A DNA stretch of 64,000 nt from Nitrosopumilaceae archaeon (GTDB lineage: Archaea > Thermoproteota > Nitrososphaeria > Nitrososphaerales > Nitrosopumilaceae): assembly GCA_035685445.1 (NCBI GenBank), contig DASSAK010000008.1, positions 13,131 to 77,130 of the forward strand, written 5' to 3'. A program made the position numbers and the translations under genes. This document shows, piece after piece, positions 54,203-62,632 of this stretch (position 1 is the first letter of the stretch; each line of letters opens with the position of its first letter). The notes beneath the pieces were generated by a model. That model was not told where the DNA came from. It made no database searches and saw nothing but the letters and a program-made list of their open reading frames with translations.

Positions 54203-54288
54203 AATAATTTATGGAAATCGTTGTTTATATGGTAACCAGTTTTTGAATAAAAAATACATTATTTATTACCAAAAAATGAATCTAATTC

Positions 54289-54663
54289 ATGAAGCGCTAT
54301 CAAAAATTTATTAAAAAAGGAATTAACGAGCCATTATCTAAAGTTCCATTTCATAGCAAGGCTCCAATCAAACGTTTATCTATGCTAAGTAAAAAATTAA
54401 TTCCAAAATCTAGTACTCATGTTGCAGTTCATTTTGTGAATTCAAAGAAAAAAATGCCAGAATATAGTGTTCTGCATAAACATAATCATGATGAAATAAA
54501 TTTAATTTTATCAGAGGATGAAAAATTAACATATCAAATTCAATTAGAAGATGAAATTTACAAAGTTTCATCCCCATCCACCGTATTTATTCCAAAAGGC
54601 ATAAATCACAAGGCAAAAGTAATTTCTGGAAAAGGAATTTTTGTGTGTATAATACTAAAATAG
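54289..54663 (+). CDS. hypothetical protein, possible cupin fold
   Basis: HKHNHDEINLIL...VFIPKGINHKAKV resembles cupin motifs 1 and 2. Confidence 0.4.
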   Translation: MKRYQKFIKKGINEPLSKVPFHSKAPIKRLSMLSKKLIPKSSTHVAVHFVNSKKKMPEYSVLHKHNHDEINLILSEDEKLTYQIQLEDEIYKVSSPSTVFIPKGINHKAKVISGKGIFVCIILK

Positions 54664-54672
54664 TTACTAGAA

Positions 54673-55509
54673 TTGACAAAAATGCTAAAGCGGGCACTTG
54701 AAGGTGTCCTAACAGATCAAGAAAGCGAAGAACTGTTTTCAGCATTTGATCAGATTGGAGACATCATAGTGATTAGGATTCCAGATGCATTACTTTCAAA
54801 GAAAAAAGTAATTGGAGAAACTTTGTTAAAACAAGTCTCTACAGCAAGATCTGTTTTTTATCAATCCTCAGATGTTTCGGGTGATTTTAGAACAAGAACA
54901 TTAGAATTACTTGCAGGAGAAGACAAAACAGAAACTGAATACAAAGAATTTGGATGCAGGTTTTTAGTTGATGTTGAAAAAGCATTTTTTTCACCTAGAC
55001 TATCAACTGAGCGAGAACGAATTGCAGATATTGTTAGAGATGGAGAAACAATCATCAATATGTTTGGTGGAGTAGGTATGTTTTCAATTCTTGCTGCAAA
55101 GAACAAAAAATGTACCGTATATAGCATTGACATAAATCCCATAGCCTCAAAATTGTGTGAAAAAAATATTTCCATAAACAAACTCGCAGGAAATGTAATT
55201 TCTCTTAATGGGAATGCCGCTCAAATTGTAAATGAGTGTTTAAGAGAAAAAGGGGATAGGACACTAATGCTACTTCCTGAAAAATCTGATGAATTTTTAG
55301 AATCTGCAATTCTTGCAACAAAAAATGGTGGAACAATTCATTATTACTCTCACACACATGCAGACAAAAAACAAAATGCGCCAAAACTTTCAGAGGAGCA
55401 TTTTCTAGAGATCATGCCAATAAAATCAGAAATTCTTGGTTCAAAAATTGTTAGAGCGGTTGGGCCTCATTATTATCAAACTGTTGTTGATGTAAAAATT
55501 ACAAAATAA
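54673..55509 (+). CDS. trm5: tRNA (guanine37-N1)-methyltransferase Trm5 family
   Basis: FSPRLSTERERI and INMFGGVGMFSI...YSIDINP are hallmark Trm5/Taw22 motifs. Confidence 0.75.
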   Translation: MTKMLKRALEGVLTDQESEELFSAFDQIGDIIVIRIPDALLSKKKVIGETLLKQVSTARSVFYQSSDVSGDFRTRTLELLAGEDKTETEYKEFGCRFLVDVEKAFFSPRLSTERERIADIVRDGETIINMFGGVGMFSILAAKNKKCTVYSIDINPIASKLCEKNISINKLAGNVISLNGNAAQIVNECLREKGDRTLMLLPEKSDEFLESAILATKNGGTIHYYSHTHADKKQNAPKLSEEHFLEIMPIKSEILGSKIVRAVGPHYYQTVVDVKITK

Positions 55510-55734
55510 TTATTTTTCATCATCAAATGTAATTGATGATGGAGTAGATTTGGTAGTTGCCATAGTGTAACCTATCCACGCCACTACACCCAACAACCCA
55601 CCAGCAATCATTAAAACTGATAATTGCAAAACAACACCACTCCATTCAGATAACATTAGAAGATAGGCATAGATAAAAAATGCACTAATACATAAGATGA
55701 AAATTGTTATTCCCATTCCTTTACGTTTGTTCAT
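55510..55734 (-). CDS. small two-TM membrane protein
   Basis: 74-aa hydrophobic ORF. Confidence 0.45.
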   Translation of the reverse strand: MNKRKGMGITIFILCISAFFIYAYLLMLSEWSGVVLQLSVLMIAGGLLGVVAWIGYTMATTKSTPSSITFDDEK

Positions 55735-55760
55735 TGCGCTACAAGTTTGGTGTGAGTTAT

Positions 55761-56273
55761 TTATCTTTTTGAACTAGGATCAAATTCTATTGCCATAAGA
55801 TAGGCGTCTTCGCCATCACGATAGTATGTCTTTAACCTTTGTTTTATAATAAATCCCATTTTTTCATATAATCGTACAGCATCTGTGTTACTACATCTAA
55901 CTTCTAGGTAGAGTTCATCACATTTTTTTGATTTAACACCGTTCATAGCTTCTTCCACTAGAACGCGACCAATTCCTTTTCTTCTATGTTCATCTAAAAC
56001 TGCAACAGATACAACATGTCCTTTTTTGACAAATCCTAATTTTTTAAAATTTGAAAATCCGTATTCTGTTTTGCACATGATATAGCCCACATGTTTTCCT
56101 TTAATCTCAGCTACAATGAATGCTTCTGGAAGCTCAGCCAGCAAACTTTCATAGAAGTAATCAGAATAATGTTCTGGTAGAGTTTTCAAGTTGATTTCCA
56201 TTACTGGAATAAGATCACCTAATTCTGCTCGTCTTACCGCGCATTCTCCTATCTCTCTAAGAATTACCTGCAC
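55761..56273 (-). CDS. GNAT N-acetyltransferase (RimI/Ard1-type protein N-terminal acetyltransferase)
   Basis: VAVLDEHRRKGIGRVLV (acetyl-CoA Q/RxxGxG/A motif), 170 aa. Confidence 0.8.
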   Translation of the reverse strand: MQVILREIGECAVRRAELGDLIPVMEINLKTLPEHYSDYFYESLLAELPEAFIVAEIKGKHVGYIMCKTEYGFSNFKKLGFVKKGHVVSVAVLDEHRRKGIGRVLVEEAMNGVKSKKCDELYLEVRCSNTDAVRLYEKMGFIIKQRLKTYYRDGEDAYLMAIEFDPSSKR

Positions 56274-56305
56274 AAGAATAGGAAATAGCTATCAAATATT
56301 TAATT

Positions 56306-57490
56306 TTGAGCATGATTTTTGGAACAAAAATCAACAATTGTGATTTTTTGACCGTAAAGTCAATTAAAGGAAAAAATCCATTCCCAATAACTGTGAGTGA
56401 ACCAACCCAAGAAGAGGTAATGTCAGTTGTTTCTTCTATTTTTGATGTAAGTGCTATGGGACGTACATTAGATACTTTACACTTCAAGATCGAAGATGAT
56501 GAATTTAAATCAAAATTTGTTAATCTTGCACAAAAACTTGAAAGGCGAGATCTTGTTTGTAAATTAGAAGAGCTAAAAGATGGAAAATATATCATAGTGA
56601 GAAGATTTCCTGAACGGAAAAAAAGCTGGTGGCGTTCATCATCATGGACGCCTAGAATTTTGTTTGCAGTTGTTGTAGTATTTGTAATGATTGATGGTTA
56701 TTTCAGAACAGAAAATGCAAATGTGATTCTTGATATTGGTGATCCTTTAGAAATGGCAGGGATTTACACACTAGCACTTTTAGGAATTTTAGGAATACAT
56801 GAATCTGGACATCTTGTGGCTGCAAGGTTTCATAAATTAAGAACAACTTGGCCATACTTTATTCCTGGAATTCCTGCAATTGGAATGCTTCCAACATTTG
56901 GTGCTTTCATTCAATCAAGAGGACTTACAATCAATAGAGAAATTTTGTATGATGTTGCAATTGCTGGTCCAATTGCTGGTTTAGCAATAGCAGTTATTGT
57001 TACAGTTTTTGCAGCGTATACTGCTCCTGTGATTGATTCTGAAATAATTGAACAACTTCCAGAAGAAACAAGACTTGTTGATTGGGGTTTGGGAGAACCA
57101 CTTTTGATGACAGCTACACTTGCAATATTTGGAAAAGGTGATGATGGACAAGTTGTATTAATGACACCATTATTGTTTGCAGCTTGGGTTGGATTTTTGA
57201 TCACGTTTTTGAATTTACTTCCTGCATGGCAGTTAGATGGCGGGCATATGGCAAGGACATTGATTGGTGAAAAATGGCACAGATATGCAACTTATGCAAG
57301 TATGGGAATTCTTGTACTACTTGGATATTGGGTGATGGCAATGTTAATTTTACTTTTATCATCTAGGAGTCCTGGTGCACAGCCGCTGGATGATATTTCA
57401 CCACTTCCAAAGAATAGAAAACTAATGTATGCAGTTGTAGTTGTGCTTGCAATTTTGTGTGCGCCGTTACCTGTTGGTTTCTTATCTTAA
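56306..57490 (+). CDS. site-2 protease family (M50) membrane metalloprotease
   Basis: HESGHLVAA (HExxH) within a TM helix and NLLPAWQLDGGH (the NxxPxxxLDG motif). Confidence 0.8.
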   Translation: MSMIFGTKINNCDFLTVKSIKGKNPFPITVSEPTQEEVMSVVSSIFDVSAMGRTLDTLHFKIEDDEFKSKFVNLAQKLERRDLVCKLEELKDGKYIIVRRFPERKKSWWRSSSWTPRILFAVVVVFVMIDGYFRTENANVILDIGDPLEMAGIYTLALLGILGIHESGHLVAARFHKLRTTWPYFIPGIPAIGMLPTFGAFIQSRGLTINREILYDVAIAGPIAGLAIAVIVTVFAAYTAPVIDSEIIEQLPEETRLVDWGLGEPLLMTATLAIFGKGDDGQVVLMTPLLFAAWVGFLITFLNLLPAWQLDGGHMARTLIGEKWHRYATYASMGILVLLGYWVMAMLILLLSSRSPGAQPLDDISPLPKNRKLMYAVVVVLAILCAPLPVGFLS

Positions 57491-58564
57491 AAGTAATCGC
57501 GCACCATCAGAAATTACTTCAACTTTTTGTCTAGCACCTTGTGTTTTGAGAATGTAATCCATGGCATGCTTAGTACTGTTTAATGGTATCATGTTCAATC
57601 TTTTTGCATAAAGTTCTGGAAGAATAGAAACTAGTGCGATCTGAAATTTCTTTTGAATTTCAGTTAGAAACAATAGATCTTCCATTCCATCAATGTATTT
57701 TGTAGGATTTTTTAATTTCTCAATACTTAGTCGGCCTTCAATGAATTGTTCAATTGCTTGAGATCCTATACCATTTTTGCATTCTGCAAGCAATATAGCT
57801 AGACCATCTTGTTTGATTGAGCTACTACAATTCCACAAAGATGACAAAGACCTTGAAAGTGTATCATTACTAGCATCCTTTCCAGTACTAATCACCATTG
57901 TTTTATGCTCACCTACATCTTTTGTGCCAAACCCTTCGAGTGTCTTAGAAAGTGAAATAGTCTTTGAAGGATGACCTACTGCTAAATCTACTATTCCTTT
58001 AGAGCCTGCAACTACCTCAATTCCTTGTATTTCAAAATTATTTGTAAATTTTTTTGCTTCTTCCATACTTTCTCCAAGATGACCAGGCGATGGAAGATTT
58101 TCCCTTCGTTTGGCGTATGCGGATAGCATTTCATCTTTACCAAATTTTTTGATTAATCTTGTAGCTATTGTTTCAAATCCAAATAATCCATTAAATTCCA
58201 TTTCTCCTAAAAAAACCAAGTTTGCGTTAGAAAGCTCAGAATCACTAAATTCAGAAATTGTGCTTCCCTCAGGTAGCTTTTGCTTTACCTGATTGATAAT
58301 TCGTTTTTCTGCAAATATTTGAGGAAATGGTTTTGATTTTTGCTCACACATCATGTAGAGAGTAGATAGAATTTTTTGAACTGCTTTTGAATCATGTAAA
58401 ATAACAATTTCATTTGGTTTTGAAATATTCAAGGCTCCGAGTTTTTCTTCAATAGCAGAATCTTCAAGTACCTTAGCCTCAGAATCTACGTTTTGTTCCA
58501 GATTTTCTGCTTTAATATCAAGTACTACGTTTGTGACTCCGTAATCTAACCAAATTTCAGGCAT
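57482..58564 (-). CDS. LarA-like / DUF2088-type protein (tentative)
   Basis: Overall pattern and C-terminal VISDGARLL resemble the lactate racemase N-terminal domain family. I trimmed the start to MPEIWLDYG (58564) because the track's 58639 start overlaps pyrE. Confidence 0.4.
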   Translation of the reverse strand: MPEIWLDYGVTNVVLDIKAENLEQNVDSEAKVLEDSAIEEKLGALNISKPNEIVILHDSKAVQKILSTLYMMCEQKSKPFPQIFAEKRIINQVKQKLPEGSTISEFSDSELSNANLVFLGEMEFNGLFGFETIATRLIKKFGKDEMLSAYAKRRENLPSPGHLGESMEEAKKFTNNFEIQGIEVVAGSKGIVDLAVGHPSKTISLSKTLEGFGTKDVGEHKTMVISTGKDASNDTLSRSLSSLWNCSSSIKQDGLAILLAECKNGIGSQAIEQFIEGRLSIEKLKNPTKYIDGMEDLLFLTEIQKKFQIALVSILPELYAKRLNMIPLNSTKHAMDYILKTQGARQKVEVISDGARLLLR

Positions 58565-58614
58565 AACTAAACCAAAATACAAACCAAAATAAATCCAGTT
58601 AAGTAAATTTTGGT

Positions 58615-59217
58615 ATGGAGTTTGTGAAAGAGTTTTCAACCTTTTTACACGAAAAAGGCGCTATCAAATTTGGGGAATTTACTCTCTCAAGTGGAAAGAA
58701 AAGCTCTTACTATATCGATTTAAGAGTAGTTCCTAGCTTTCCTCACCAATTTAGAAAAATGATAAAACAGCTTCAAAATGAAATTGCTGAAAACATTGGT
58801 CTTGATAATTTTGATTATCTCGTATCAGTTCCAACAGGTGGACTTGTAATTGCATCTGCTTTAGCTATTGAGACGGTAAAACCGCTGATCTATGTAAGAA
58901 ACAAATCAAAAGATTATGGTACATCAAAATTAGTTGAAGGGTATTTTGAATCCGGAAAAAAGGCGTTGATGATTGATGACGTGGTAACAACTGGAGGTTC
59001 AGTGATTGCTGCATTAAAATCATTAAAAAAAGCTGGAATTGTGGTTTCAGATGTTTTTGTTATCATTAACAGAATGGAAGGGGCCAATAAAACCTTAGAA
59101 TCCAATGGAGTTAAAATTCATGAATTAACCAACATTCAAGAGATAACAAATTTACTCAATGAGCAAAATTTGGTTTCAGACGAGATACTAAACAAGGTCA
59201 AAAATCAAACCAGTTAG
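58615..59217 (+). CDS. pyrE: orotate phosphoribosyltransferase
   Basis: GAIKFGEFTLSSGKKSSYYIDLR and the PRPP loop LMIDDVVTTGGS. Confidence 0.88.
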   Translation: MEFVKEFSTFLHEKGAIKFGEFTLSSGKKSSYYIDLRVVPSFPHQFRKMIKQLQNEIAENIGLDNFDYLVSVPTGGLVIASALAIETVKPLIYVRNKSKDYGTSKLVEGYFESGKKALMIDDVVTTGGSVIAALKSLKKAGIVVSDVFVIINRMEGANKTLESNGVKIHELTNIQEITNLLNEQNLVSDEILNKVKNQTS

Positions 59218-59329
59218 AAATTAGGCAGCTCAGACAAATGCCTTCACATCATTTTTCAGATATAACTCTGATTCTTCATTGCAGCCAAGTGAATTACGCA
59301 TGACTTTTTTTTAAACTAATTGAATTTGA

Positions 59330-59403
59330 TGGGCCCGAAGGGCTTCGATCCCTTGGCTCACCGGTTATGAGCCGGTTACTCTACCAAGCTGAGTTACGGG
59401 CCC
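59330..59403 (-). tRNA. tRNA with anticodon CAU (elongator Met or the Ile2 precursor)
   Basis: GGGCCCG-TA-ACTC-AGCTTGGTA-GAGT-A-ACCGG-CTCATAA-CCGGT-GAGCC-AAGGG-ATCGAAG-CCCTT-CGGGCCC-A. No initiator features (G1-C72). The T loop is unusual (A54, G60). Confidence 0.85.
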
Positions 59404-59443
59404 CGCAAAAAGGTTCAATTCTGAGTATAAAATGTTATAGAGA

Positions 59444-60079
59444 TTAACAGTAACATTCGTAACAACTATCAAGTAACAAGTTTTGTGCAGAAATTGAAAC
59501 GTCTGCAGCTTCTCTAAGTATTTCTGGATCTGTAGTAGATTTTTCTAAAATATTTCTCCAAGATGCTGCGTGTCTGATATCAGCTTCTGTATGTAATTTA
59601 AAATATTCTGTTGCATCCTCATTTAAAATTCCATAAAATTCTGCTAATCCATCTAATTTTATTTGGCTTATTTTTGGAAGCTCTTTTTCAAAAGCATACA
59701 TTGCACATGCTCCACTCTCATAAGAATTCATTAGGGAGGCAAGTGAAGAAACTGCTTGTTTTGTTTTTTTACGTCCTTCATATTTTTCTAATTCGTCTTC
59801 AGAAACTCCAAGTGCGGTAGCAAATTTTATCCAAGGTTGAATGTGTGAAGACTCTTCTTCTTGATTAGAAACTAATTCATCAACAACAGAGTCAGGAGCT
59901 TGTTCAATTATTGGTGACATAAAAGATGGAACGGCTTTTACAAGTTGAAAATATTCTTTAGAGTAACCAGCTAATGATTCTAATTTGAGTTTTCCGTCTG
60001 ACCACATTTCATAAAATGGATGTTTTAACAAACTTCTTTCTTCAATCATGTCATCAATTTTTTTAATTAAAGAATTCAT
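59444..60079 (-). CDS. heme-oxygenase-like di-iron protein of the PqqC/TenA/CADD family
   Basis: The KHPFYEMWSDGKL start motif and conserved E/H-rich helices (EEESSH, EADIRH). The start is trimmed to MNSLIKK (60079) because the track's N-terminal extension runs into tRNA-Glu. Confidence 0.65.
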   Translation of the reverse strand: MNSLIKKIDDMIEERSLLKHPFYEMWSDGKLKLESLAGYSKEYFQLVKAVPSFMSPIIEQAPDSVVDELVSNQEEESSHIQPWIKFATALGVSEDELEKYEGRKKTKQAVSSLASLMNSYESGACAMYAFEKELPKISQIKLDGLAEFYGILNEDATEYFKLHTEADIRHAASWRNILEKSTTDPEILREAADVSISAQNLLLDSCYECYC

Positions 60080-60157
60080 GTGTCTGGTTTTATCAGCCGA
60101 TAAAAAAATCTTTGTGGTGAAAACGATTTTAAGGACAAAATAACCCGATGCAAACGG

Positions 60158-60253
60158 GCTCCAGTGGTGTAGACCGGTCAAGCATACTGCCCTTTCAAGG
60201 CAGTGATCTCGGGTTCAAAATCTTAAAAGATGAAAATCCCGACTGGAGCACCA
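60158..60253 (+). tRNA. tRNA-Glu(UUC) with a 17-nt intron in the T loop and a genomically encoded CCA
   Basis: GCTCCAG-TG-GTGT-AGACCGGTCAA-GCAT-A-CTGCC-CTTTCAA-GGCAG-TGATC-TCGGG-TTCAAA[intron]T-CCCGA-CTGGAGC-A-CCA. Anticodon at 60194-60196. Confidence 0.88.
60220..60236 (+). other. tRNA-Glu intron at position 59/60 (T loop)
   Basis: Perfect 4-bp helix TTCA(60214-60217)/TGAA(60231-60234) stacked on the T stem, 3-nt bulges AAA and AAT carrying the splice sites, and a small inner hairpin TCT-TAAA-AGA. Confidence 0.8.
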
Positions 60254-60295
60254 AGATTTAATTACTTATCCGTAAGAGTTTTCACAGGAACAGTT

Positions 60296-61153
60296 TTGGA
60301 CAGAAAAAATATCGAAACTAATCCTCTAATTGAGACCTACGGAAGGTACATTCAAAAAATTAATCAAGCTTTAGATGCAGAACTTGGTCTCTATTCAGAG
60401 TCTGAATTCATAGAACCACTCAAGTATTCACTAGATGGTGGCAAACGAATTAGACCCATAATTTTGTTACTTGCTGCTCAAAGTGTTGGCAAAGTTGATG
60501 ACAATACCTACTCGGCAGCCTGTGCGGTTGAATTTTTGCATACAGAATCGGTAATTCATGACGATATCATAGATGAAGAAACTTTGAGAAGAAGAAAGGA
60601 TCCTTTTCACATCAAGTATGGTTACAATACTGCCATACTGACAGGAGATTTTGTTTTAGGTTTAATTCTTAACATTTCTTCAAGATTAAACAATCCAAGA
60701 ATCACTAAGGACTTGGCTACAACTGCCATGCTAATGAGTGAAGGAGAAACCATTGAGGGCAGACTTGAATCAAGTGAGGATGTAACATTTGATGATTATT
60801 TGAAGGTGATTGAATACAAAACATCTACTGCATTTGAGGTCGCAGCAAGACTTGGAGCAATAATTGGCGGTGGAACAGAAGAACAGATTGAAGCATTAAC
60901 TGACTATGGAAAAAATATTGGAATTGCATATCAAATAAAAGATGATCTTATTGATTGGAAAAATGAGGACAAACTATTCAATTTGTTAATCAAGAAGAGT
61001 AATGATCCAAGAATAGTATTTGATAAAATGGAAGAGTTGTTAAAAGACTATTCTACAAAAGCTAAAAATGGTTTAAGAAAAATTCAAGACAGTGATGCAA
61101 AACATCATCTAGAGGAATTGATTAAATTTACTATTCTAAGGGGAAGCGCTTAG
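60296..61153 (+). CDS. idsA: polyprenyl (geranylgeranyl) diphosphate synthase
   Basis: FLHTESVIHDDIIDEE (first DDxxD) and YQIKDDLID (second). The track start (ATG 60230) lies inside the tRNA-Glu intron, so I propose the in-frame TTG at 60296. The start is uncertain. Confidence 0.75.
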   Translation: MDRKNIETNPLIETYGRYIQKINQALDAELGLYSESEFIEPLKYSLDGGKRIRPIILLLAAQSVGKVDDNTYSAACAVEFLHTESVIHDDIIDEETLRRRKDPFHIKYGYNTAILTGDFVLGLILNISSRLNNPRITKDLATTAMLMSEGETIEGRLESSEDVTFDDYLKVIEYKTSTAFEVAARLGAIIGGGTEEQIEALTDYGKNIGIAYQIKDDLIDWKNEDKLFNLLIKKSNDPRIVFDKMEELLKDYSTKAKNGLRKIQDSDAKHHLEELIKFTILRGSA

Positions 61154-62620
61154 CGTTAGTGTTGGTGCTGCAACTTTTGCAAATTCTATAATTGGATCTG
61201 GATACACTCCAAATCCTACTATGAATATTATTGAGAATATCATTACAGCAATTACTGATTTTGGTTCTGAGACTCTCTTTTCGGTTTCACCTTCAAAGTA
61301 CATCTTTCTAATAATCCAACCATAGTAAGCTAGTGACAATGCACTGTTTAGTACACCAGCTATTGCCAACCACGGCGTCCATCCTAATAAGGGTCCTGCA
61401 TCAAGTGCTGATCCAAACAACATCAACTTACTCCAAAATCCATTGAGTGGCGGTACTCCTGCCAATGCAAGAAGTGAAATTACTAGTCCCAATGCAGTAA
61501 TTGGCATTTTTCTTCCCAATCCCTTTATCTTATCAAGATGTGATGATGCAAGTACAGTTACAATTCCAGCAACAGCAATGAATGCAGAACCTTTCATGAC
61601 AGCGTGATTCATTATGTGGAACAATGATGCTTGTATTCCAATGTCTGAAAATGGTGCAATAGAAATACCAATTAGGATGTAACCTGCATGTCCAATACTA
61701 GAATATGCAAGAATTCTTGCAAGATTTTTTTGCATGATTGCTGCAACGTTTCCAATTGTCATCGTCATTACAGCAATTACTCCAAGGGCTAAAACCCAAT
61801 CAAGATTAAGTGCAAAGGTTCCCATAATTATAACTCTAATTGCTGCTGCAAATCCTGCTTTCTTTGTGCCAGCAGCTAATAATGCTGCAATTGTTGGTGG
61901 GGACCCCTCATATGTATCTGGAAGCCACATGTGGAACGGAACAAGTCCCATCTTAAATCCAAATCCTGCAATAAACATTCCAATTGCTAACAGAGCTAGT
62001 GGCAACATTGATGCATCAACTGTAGCAAATCCTTCAATCACTTCACCAATGTTTGTGGAACCAGTAATTCCATATGCTATGGAAATTCCGTAAATAATTA
62101 TGGCAGATGACAGTGCACCAAACAAAAAATATTTGAGCGCTCCTTCGTTTGAGCTGGGATCTTTTTTCATAAATCCTGCCAACACATATGTTGGAATACT
62201 CATCAATTCCCATGCAACAAACAACATAACAAGATCCGTTGAATAGGCAATGAGGACCATACCAATTGTGGCTAAAAGAATCAGAGAATAGTAAACTGCT
62301 GGATGATTTTTGTTTCTCATATAATTGAAGGAACCAACTGTTGTGAATATTGCAACAATTAGCATTGCAATAGCAAAGAATCCACCAAATGTATCATCAG
62401 CTACAACATCTTCCGAAAAGAGAATTCCTTGTGTAAGATGATCACTAGCAAGCTGATATACAACATAACCAATTGATGCAATTAATGCACCAAAGGCAAT
62501 TACTGCATAGAAAGAGTTAGAACCTGTTTCTTTTCTTGCAATACTAATTATTGGAATAATTACACCTATTGTTCCAAGGATTGCAATCAAAACAATTGGG
62601 GTTGATGTAATATCGATCAT
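61136..62620 (-). CDS. nuoN: NADH-quinone oxidoreductase subunit N
   Basis: 494-aa polytopic antiporter-like protein. FHMWLPDTYEGSPPTIAALLAAGTKKAGF is the NuoN/ND2 motif. Confidence 0.85.
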   Translation of the reverse strand: MIDITSTPIVLIAILGTIGVIIPIISIARKETGSNSFYAVIAFGALIASIGYVVYQLASDHLTQGILFSEDVVADDTFGGFFAIAMLIVAIFTTVGSFNYMRNKNHPAVYYSLILLATIGMVLIAYSTDLVMLFVAWELMSIPTYVLAGFMKKDPSSNEGALKYFLFGALSSAIIIYGISIAYGITGSTNIGEVIEGFATVDASMLPLALLAIGMFIAGFGFKMGLVPFHMWLPDTYEGSPPTIAALLAAGTKKAGFAAAIRVIIMGTFALNLDWVLALGVIAVMTMTIGNVAAIMQKNLARILAYSSIGHAGYILIGISIAPFSDIGIQASLFHIMNHAVMKGSAFIAVAGIVTVLASSHLDKIKGLGRKMPITALGLVISLLALAGVPPLNGFWSKLMLFGSALDAGPLLGWTPWLAIAGVLNSALSLAYYGWIIRKMYFEGETEKRVSEPKSVIAVMIFSIIFIVGFGVYPDPIIEFAKVAAPTLTLSASP

Positions 62621-62632
62621 TTTCTTATCACC

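Noticed and set aside
58565-58639. N-terminal 25 residues of the LarA-like ORF overlapping the pyrE start
   Set aside because: The extension is hydrophobic junk overlapping the divergent pyrE coding start. The internal MPEIWLDYG start is more plausible.
59218-59329. Spacer between pyrE and tRNA-CAU, checked for small genes (a 23-aa minus-strand ORF)
   Set aside because: The ORF is too short and has no promoter-like element or recognisable feature. The spacer is treated as non-coding.
60230-60295. ATG start of the GGPP synthase ORF at 60230, and the N-terminal 34 residues of the PqqC-like ORF (60080-60181)
   Set aside because: Both extensions overlap the tRNA-Glu gene (the ATG is inside its intron). 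They are ORF-caller artefacts, so the starts were moved.
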